32,000 nt of DNA, taken from Microcystis aeruginosa NIES-843. Lineage in GTDB: Bacteria; Cyanobacteriota; Cyanobacteriia; Cyanobacteriales; Microcystaceae. The translations under genes were made by a program, and so were the position numbers. Location of the stretch: NCBI RefSeq assembly GCF_000010625.1, contig NC_010296.1, forward strand, positions 3,420,001 to 3,452,000. The letters run 5' to 3'. Shown piece after piece: positions 26,418 to 32,000 of this stretch. Under the pieces are notes generated by a model. It worked only from the letters and a program-made list of their open reading frames with translations. It was not told the DNA's origin and did no database searches. Within the stretch, counting starts at the first letter, position 1. Every line of letters starts with the position of its first letter.

Positions 26418-27108
26418 GTTACAGTAGAGCAGGAAGTCGCCTTCCCACCCCCTGCTTCAAAACCGGACTTACGACTTTCGCCGTATCCGGCTCCTGAGTA
26501 ACTAGGCTACTGTCATTAGTAGAATAATAATGGGAATTATTATTTCCTTGTCTATTCAACCCTCTTGGCTGTATCCCCACCAGACAAGATTGTTGGTTTT
26601 AGGGCGTATATGACCGTTGATTGTTGCTTAGACTTCCTAGTTACCCGTCCTTTGTCAGCATATCTTTGATATTACTCAAAGCCTTGGCTTTTAAGGACAT
26701 CCTCTCCCTCTATTGACTTGCGGATGGTTTCCTACTGCCCCGAACGGGCAGAGTCAATCAGGGTTACTTCGTTCCCTATAACCATTGGTTGAACCCTTAG
26801 GATGATACTGTCCACAACAGAGTAACGGGAATGCCTTACTGATAGTGGTATGAGCTATCAGCCCCAACTCTGTTAACTTTTGTTTCGAGCCTGTCAGCCT
26901 TTTGGCTCGTGGGTGTTGACGATGGTTAATTCGTATCTTCGCCCCAGGGCTATCCATAAGTTCTGGCTCAACGGGTTTCTGATTTAGGCTATCAGATACC
27001 GCTTTTTTTTCCTCGCTCACTACCTCAGATGTACCAAGTCTAAAGCAGCAGGAAATGCCGTCACTCTAGGCATCTAGAGGACAGGACTAAGGTTATTACT
27101 AACCCGCA
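26418..27108 (-). mobile_element. ORF-less group II intron (691 nt)
   Basis: 5' GUGCG at 27108-27104. Canonical domain V at 26493-26460. Domain VI has a bulged A (26425) 7 nt from the 3'-terminal AAC. Domain IV is a short AU hairpin with no RT/maturase ORF. Confidence 0.8.
26460..26493 (-). ncRNA. group II intron domain V
   Basis: GAGCCGGAUACGGCGAAAGUCGUAAGUCCGGUUU is 34 nt. It has the AGC catalytic triad at positions 2-4, 9+5 bp helices split by a 2-nt AA bulge, and a GAAA tetraloop. Confidence 0.85.
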
Positions 27109-27110
27109 CC

Positions 27111-27265
27111 TGTAGGGTTATAAAGTTATCAAGGTACTACATTTACCAAGCGGCTAATCCTCTAAACGTCTTACTGTCTAGTTTCTAGCCAACGAATCGC
27201 ACCACACCCTACACCCTACACCCCACACCCTGCCCCCAGGAAAAACTTTTTGCCGCAAACCCTAA
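27111..27265 (-). mobile_element. MITE family 2, copy 3 (minus orientation), 2 nt from the intron 5' end
   Basis: The minus strand reads TTAGGGTTTGCGGCAAAAAG...GGGTGTG-type heptads...TTTATAACCCTAC. The heptad array is at 27203-27235. Confidence 0.5.
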
Positions 27266-27678
27266 TTAATAATTCATAATTCCTTCTCCCTTCTCCCATG
27301 CAGTCTTAACGAGTAATTTAGATAGTCAACAGCTTATCTTCTGACCTAGCACTTTTTTTTTAAAAGTATCATTAATTTTTATCTCAATTCTGAATATTAA
27401 TTAATCCCAGGGTCGGTTGCTGGCAAACTCAGCAGCGTATTAAGAAAAAATAACGAATTGCTAGAAAGCCCAGAATCTGGATAATGATCGAGGTGGAGAC
27501 AGAAAAATTGCTCTACTTAAGCCTGTCTGCCGTAAGCGTCCAATAGTAGATAGGGAGTCAAAAGCGACGCTCAAGAAAATCCTTCGGTTGTCAGGGAAAC
27601 GAGAGGATATTTAGTGCGAAATTGAGCCGTAAAAAAACTTAAAATCCCGACAAATATCGTAAAAACTAAGGGGAACAC

Positions 27679-30600
27679 ATGACCACAAAAACCTATGCAA
27701 CCATAGATGGTAACGAAGCTGTTGCACGCGTTGCCTATCGTCTCAGTGAAGTGATCGCTATTTATCCTATCACTCCCTCCTCGCCTATGGGTGAATGGTC
27801 CGATAGTTGGGCGGCCGAACGCAGAGCTAATCTCTGGGGAACCATCCCTTCCGTAATCGAAATGCAGAGCGAAGGTGGGGCAGCGGGAACCCTGCACGGA
27901 GCGCTACAAACAGGCTCTTTAACTACCACTTTCACTTCCTCGCAGGGATTATTATTAATGCTCCCCAACTTCTACAAAATTGCGGGGGAATTAACCTCTT
28001 CAGTGGTTCATGTGGCGGCCCGTGCTTTAGCAGCCCAAGGATTGTCAATTTTTGGGGATCATAGTGATGTCATGTCTGCCAGAAGTACGGGTTGGGCTAT
28101 GTTAGCGGCTAATTCCGTTCAAGAAGCTCAAGATCTGGCGGCTATTGCCACAGCTACCACCCTAGAAACCAGGATTCCTTTTCTGCACTTTTTTGATGGT
28201 TTTCGTACCAGTCATGAGGTGCAAAAAGTCGAATTAATTAGCGATGAAACTCTCAAAGAACTGATCGATGAAGACCTAATTATTGCCCATCGTCAAAGGG
28301 CTTTAACTCCCGATCGACCGGTTTTGCGAGGCACGGCACAAAATCCCGATGTTTATTTCCAGGCAAGGGAAAGCGTCAATCCTTTCTATTATGCTTGTCC
28401 CGATATCACTCAAAAAATTATGGATCGTTTTGCCCAATTAACAGGACGGCAATACCATCTCTATGAATACCACGGTGCGCCCGATGCCGAAAGAGTGATT
28501 ATGTTAATGGGATCGGGAGGGGAAACCGTCCATGAAACCGTTGATTATCTCAATCAAAATGGGGCTAAAGTTGGGGTTTTAAAAGTTCGTCTCTATCGTC
28601 CCTTTGCCGCCGAAAAATTACTAGCAGCTCTGCCCACCACGGTGAAAAAAATAGCCGTTTTAGATCGCTGTAAAGAACCCGGTGCCGGGGGCGATCCGCT
28701 ATATTTAGACGTGGTAAATGCCTTTATGGAAAACTACGAAGGCAAGCTGCCGAAAATTGTGGGAGGACGCTACGGTTTATCTTCCAAAGAATTTACTCCA
28801 GCCATGATTGCTGGCATATTTGATAACTTAAGTCTCGACAAACCGAAAAATCACTTCACTATTGGTATCGTTGACGATCTTACCTTTTCCAGTCTGGAAT
28901 ATGACCGCAGTTTTTCCACTGAACCAGACGAAGTAGTGCGGGCGGTTTTCTACGGTTTAGGTTCCGATGGTACGGTGGGAGCTAACAAAAATTCAATTAA
29001 AATTATTGGTGAAGATACCGATAATTATGCCCAGGGTTATTTCGTCTATGATTCCAAAAAATCTGGGTCTGTCACCGTTTCTCACCTACGCTTTGGTCCG
29101 GAGCCGATTCGCTCTACCTATTTAATCACCGATGCTAACTTTATCGCCTGTCATCAGTGGGAATTTATCGAACAATTTGATCTGCTAGAAACCGCTAAAC
29201 CGAACTCTATTTTTCTCCTGAATAGTCCCTATCCACAGGAGGAGGTGTTTAGTCACTTACCCCGCCATCTCCAGCAAACTATCATCGATAAAAATCTGCA
29301 AGTTTATACGATTAATGCGACTCAAGTAGCCAAAGAAGCGGGGATGGGCAGTCGGATTAATACCGTTATGCAGGTGTGTTTCTTTGCCCTAGCGGGAGTT
29401 TTGTCGCGGGAAGAGGCGATCGCACAAATCAAAAAAGCCATCCGCAAGACCTACGGCAAGAAAGGCGAAGAAATCGTGCAGATGAACATCAAAGCTGTGG
29501 ATTCTGCCCTAGAACACCTCTATCAAGTCCCAATTCCCGCTACCGTTACCCCTGAAGCTTTTGAATTAAGACCACCAATTCCCGACACTGCACCCGCTTT
29601 CGTCCGAGAAGTCCTCGGCAAAATTATCGCCCGTCACGGGGATGAATTGCCCGTTAGCTCCCTTCCCAACGATGGTACTTACCCCACCGCCACTAGCCAA
29701 TGGGAAAAACGCAATATTGCCCAAGAAATCCCCGTTTGGGATGCGGATGTCTGTGTTCAGTGCGGTAAATGCGTTCTCGTTTGTCCCCACGCCGTTATTC
29801 GCTCGAAAGTTTATGATGAGGCCGAATTAGCCACGGCCCCGGAAACCTTTAAAGTCGCAAATGCCAAGGATCACGACTGGAAAGGGCTAAAATTCACCAT
29901 CCAAGTGGCCGCCGAAGATTGTACCGGTTGCGGTCTCTGTGTTGATGTTTGCCCCGCTAAAAACAAATCGCAACCGCGTCTAAGAGCGATTAATATGGCT
30001 CCCCAATTGCCCCTGCGGGAACAGGAACGAGTTAACTGGGATTTCTTCCTTAATTTGCCTAATCCAGACCGATTAAGCCTAAATCTCAATAAAATTAACC
30101 ATCAGCAAATGCAGGAACCTCTCTTTGAGTTTTCCGGCGCTTGTGCCGGTTGTGGTGAGACTCCCTACGTTAAATTAGTCAGTCAGCTATTTGGCGATCG
30201 CATGATAGTGGCTAATGCCACCGGTTGTTCATCTATCTACGGAGGTAATTTACCGACAACACCCTGGGCAGTTAACGCCGAAGGTCGCGGGCCGGCCTGG
30301 TCGAATTCCCTCTTTGAAGATAATGCCGAATTTGGCTTAGGATTCCGAGTTTCCATCGATAAACAGGCAGAATTTGCCGCAGAACTCTTAGGAACCCTCG
30401 CTAGTGAAATCGGAGAAAGTCTAGCGGCAGATATTCTCAATTGTCACCAAGTCGATGAAGCGGAAATTTACGAACAACGGCATCGGGTAGAGGCCTTAAA
30501 ATCCCGTTTAGGGGAATTAACCCCGACCACGCAGGTGAAAATGTTGTTATCCGTGGCCGATTATCTGGTCAAGAAAAGCGTCTGGATTGTCGGGGGTGAC

Positions 30601-31233
30601 GGTTGGGCCTACGACATCGGTTATGGTGGCTTAGATCACGTTTTAGCTAGTGGTCGCAATGTGAATATTTTGGTCATGGATACGGAAGTTTACTCGAATA
30701 CGGGCGGCCAGGCCTCGAAAGCTACTCCTCGCGCCGCCGTAGCTAAATTTGCTTCTGGTGGCAAACCAGGACCGAAAAAAGACCTCGGTTTAATGGCCAT
30801 GACCTACGGTAACGTCTATGTGGCCAGCGTGGCTATGGGGGCAAGAAACGAGCAAACTATCAAAGCTTTCCTAGAAGCGGAAGCTTACAACGGGCCATCG
30901 TTAATTATCGCCTATTCTCACTGTATTGCTCACGGGATCAACATGACCACCGCCATGAACCATCAAAAAGAAGTGGTGGAAAGCGGTCGCTGGTTAATGT
31001 ACCGTTATCATCCCGATTTAGCTAAAGAAGGCAAAAATCCCCTACAATTGGACAGCCGTGCGCCTAAGCTTACCGTAGCGCAAACTCTCTACTCGGAGAA
31101 TCGCTTTAAGATGTTGGCCACCAGTAAGCCGGAGGAAGCTAAACGTCTGCTCAAAGAAGCACAAGCAGATGTGGATACGCGCTGGCAAATGTATCAGTAT
31201 TTAGCAGCAAAAGGTACAGGGAGCAACGAATAG
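27679..31233 (+). CDS. nifJ: pyruvate:ferredoxin (flavodoxin) oxidoreductase
   Basis: 1184 aa. Two 4Fe-4S motifs ([24 protein letters not shown]) and a TPP-binding GDGW...D region. It is full-length and collinear with NifJ/PFOR. Confidence 0.95.
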   Translation: MTTKTYATIDGNEAVARVAYRLSEVIAIYPITPSSPMGEWSDSWAAERRANLWGTIPSVIEMQSEGGAAGTLHGALQTGSLTTTFTSSQGLLLMLPNFYKIAGELTSSVVHVAARALAAQGLSIFGDHSDVMSARSTGWAMLAANSVQEAQDLAAIATATTLETRIPFLHFFDGFRTSHEVQKVELISDETLKELIDEDLIIAHRQRALTPDRPVLRGTAQNPDVYFQARESVNPFYYACPDITQKIMDRFAQLTGRQYHLYEYHGAPDAERVIMLMGSGGETVHETVDYLNQNGAKVGVLKVRLYRPFAAEKLLAALPTTVKKIAVLDRCKEPGAGGDPLYLDVVNAFMENYEGKLPKIVGGRYGLSSKEFTPAMIAGIFDNLSLDKPKNHFTIGIVDDLTFSSLEYDRSFSTEPDEVVRAVFYGLGSDGTVGANKNSIKIIGEDTDNYAQGYFVYDSKKSGSVTVSHLRFGPEPIRSTYLITDANFIACHQWEFIEQFDLLETAKPNSIFLLNSPYPQEEVFSHLPRHLQQTIIDKNLQVYTINATQVAKEAGMGSRINTVMQVCFFALAGVLSREEAIAQIKKAIRKTYGKKGEEIVQMNIKAVDSALEHLYQVPIPATVTPEAFELRPPIPDTAPAFVREVLGKIIARHGDELPVSSLPNDGTYPTATSQWEKRNIAQEIPVWDADVCVQCGKCVLVCPHAVIRSKVYDEAELATAPETFKVANAKDHDWKGLKFTIQVAAEDCTGCGLCVDVCPAKNKSQPRLRAINMAPQLPLREQERVNWDFFLNLPNPDRLSLNLNKINHQQMQEPLFEFSGACAGCGETPYVKLVSQLFGDRMIVANATGCSSIYGGNLPTTPWAVNAEGRGPAWSNSLFEDNAEFGLGFRVSIDKQAEFAAELLGTLASEIGESLAADILNCHQVDEAEIYEQRHRVEALKSRLGELTPTTQVKMLLSVADYLVKKSVWIVGGDGWAYDIGYGGLDHVLASGRNVNILVMDTEVYSNTGGQASKATPRAAVAKFASGGKPGPKKDLGLMAMTYGNVYVASVAMGARNEQTIKAFLEAEAYNGPSLIIAYSHCIAHGINMTTAMNHQKEVVESGRWLMYRYHPDLAKEGKNPLQLDSRAPKLTVAQTLYSENRFKMLATSKPEEAKRLLKEAQADVDTRWQMYQYLAAKGTGSNE

Positions 31234-31235
31234 TT

Positions 31236-32000
31236 ATGAATCTACACACTACCTACATGGGTTTACAATTGCGATCGCCGCTAGTTATCGGTGCGGCCGC
31301 ACCCTTGAGCGAGGATATCGACAATATCAAGAGAATGGAAGACTTTGGGGCCGCTGCCGTGGTTTTACACTCCTTTTTCGAGGAGCAGATTAAACACGAA
31401 AGACTGGCTCTACACCATCATTTTACCCACGGAGCCGAGAGTTTTGCGGAAGCTTTGACTTATTTTCCCGAACCGGAAGTTTTTCACGTTGGTTCCGACG
31501 AATATCTCAACCATATTCGCAAAGCCAAAGAAATGGTCGATATTCCGATTATTGCCAGTCTCAACGGTGAGACCTCTGGGGGATGGTTGGAGTATGCCAT
31601 TCAAATTCAACAAGCGGGCGCTGATGCTTTGGAGTTGAATGTTTATTATGTTCCCAACGACCTGGAATTAACCGGAAATCACGTCGAACAAAACTATATT
31701 GATATCCTCAAAATTGTCAAATCGGAGGTATCAATTCCCGTCTCGATGAAGTTAAGTCCCTACTTTAGCAATACGGCCAATATGGCTAAACAATTAGCGG
31801 AAGCGGGGGCCGATGGGTTGGTATTATTTAACCGTTTCTATCAGCCGGATATCGACTTAGAAACCTTGGATGTTCACCCCAATATTATCCTCAGTAATCC
31901 CCAAGCGATGCGTTTACCCCTGCGCTGGATTGCCATGCTTTACGGTCGTGTACCGACGGATTTTGCCGCTACCAGTGGTATTCATAACGCCATCGACGTG
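31236..32000 (+). CDS. dihydroorotate dehydrogenase-like (PyrD-family TIM-barrel) protein, 5' part (continues past window end)
   Basis: Absent from the ORF track because it hits the edge. The ATG is 2 nt after the nifJ stop, and 255 codons are open ([26 protein letters not shown]...SMKLSPYFS...[15 protein letters not shown]). Confidence 0.75.
   Translation, partial: MNLHTTYMGLQLRSPLVIGAAAPLSEDIDNIKRMEDFGAAAVVLHSFFEEQIKHERLALHHHFTHGAESFAEALTYFPEPEVFHVGSDEYLNHIRKAKEMVDIPIIASLNGETSGGWLEYAIQIQQAGADALELNVYYVPNDLELTGNHVEQNYIDILKIVKSEVSIPVSMKLSPYFSNTANMAKQLAEAGADGLVLFNRFYQPDIDLETLDVHPNIILSNPQAMRLPLRWIAMLYGRVPTDFAATSGIHNAIDV

Noticed and set aside
26754-27020. 88-aa ORF inside the group II intron, considered as a possible intron-encoded protein
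   Set aside because: It lies in the domain I-III region rather than domain IV. It has no reverse-transcriptase or maturase motifs and is far too short. It is most likely a chance ORF in structured RNA.
27571-27968. Minus-strand ORFs overlapping the nifJ start
   Set aside because: They are antisense to a strongly supported 1184-aa gene and have no independent signals.

Overview
This is cyanobacterial chromosomal DNA. HIP1 GCGATCGC sites, abundant 7-8 nt tandem arrays and a heavy MITE/IS load point to a Microcystis-like lineage (inference). Housekeeping genes include menG, ssb, lexA, nifJ with a pyrD-like gene, an NhaP-type antiporter, an amino-acid ABC permease, and the conserved pairs YtxH/DUF948 and DUF3038/DUF4335. 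They are interleaved with mobile DNA. There are three copies of a tnpB-only IS200/IS605 (IS1341-type) element: one intact, one frameshifted, and one hit by two MITEs. There is also an IS607-type tnpB whose tnpA is reduced to its HTH, a nonsense-mutated ISAs1 transposase, and at least three MITE families, one of which splits an MBL-fold hydrolase gene. Four items deserve follow-up. (1) A 691-nt ORF-less group II intron lies 212 nt upstream of lexA, with canonical domains V and VI. (2) An orphan 673-aa protein (coiled coil, unassigned module, FGE-sulfatase domain with one of the two active-site Cys) is boxed in by inverted IS left-end hairpins. (3) The IS607-type TnpB has a non-canonical RuvC-II motif and no zinc finger. 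(4) A promoter/terminator-bounded ~80-nt sRNA candidate has a 5' end that is the exact complement of the Yfr1 signature 11-mer. No rRNA, tRNA or CRISPR array was seen.
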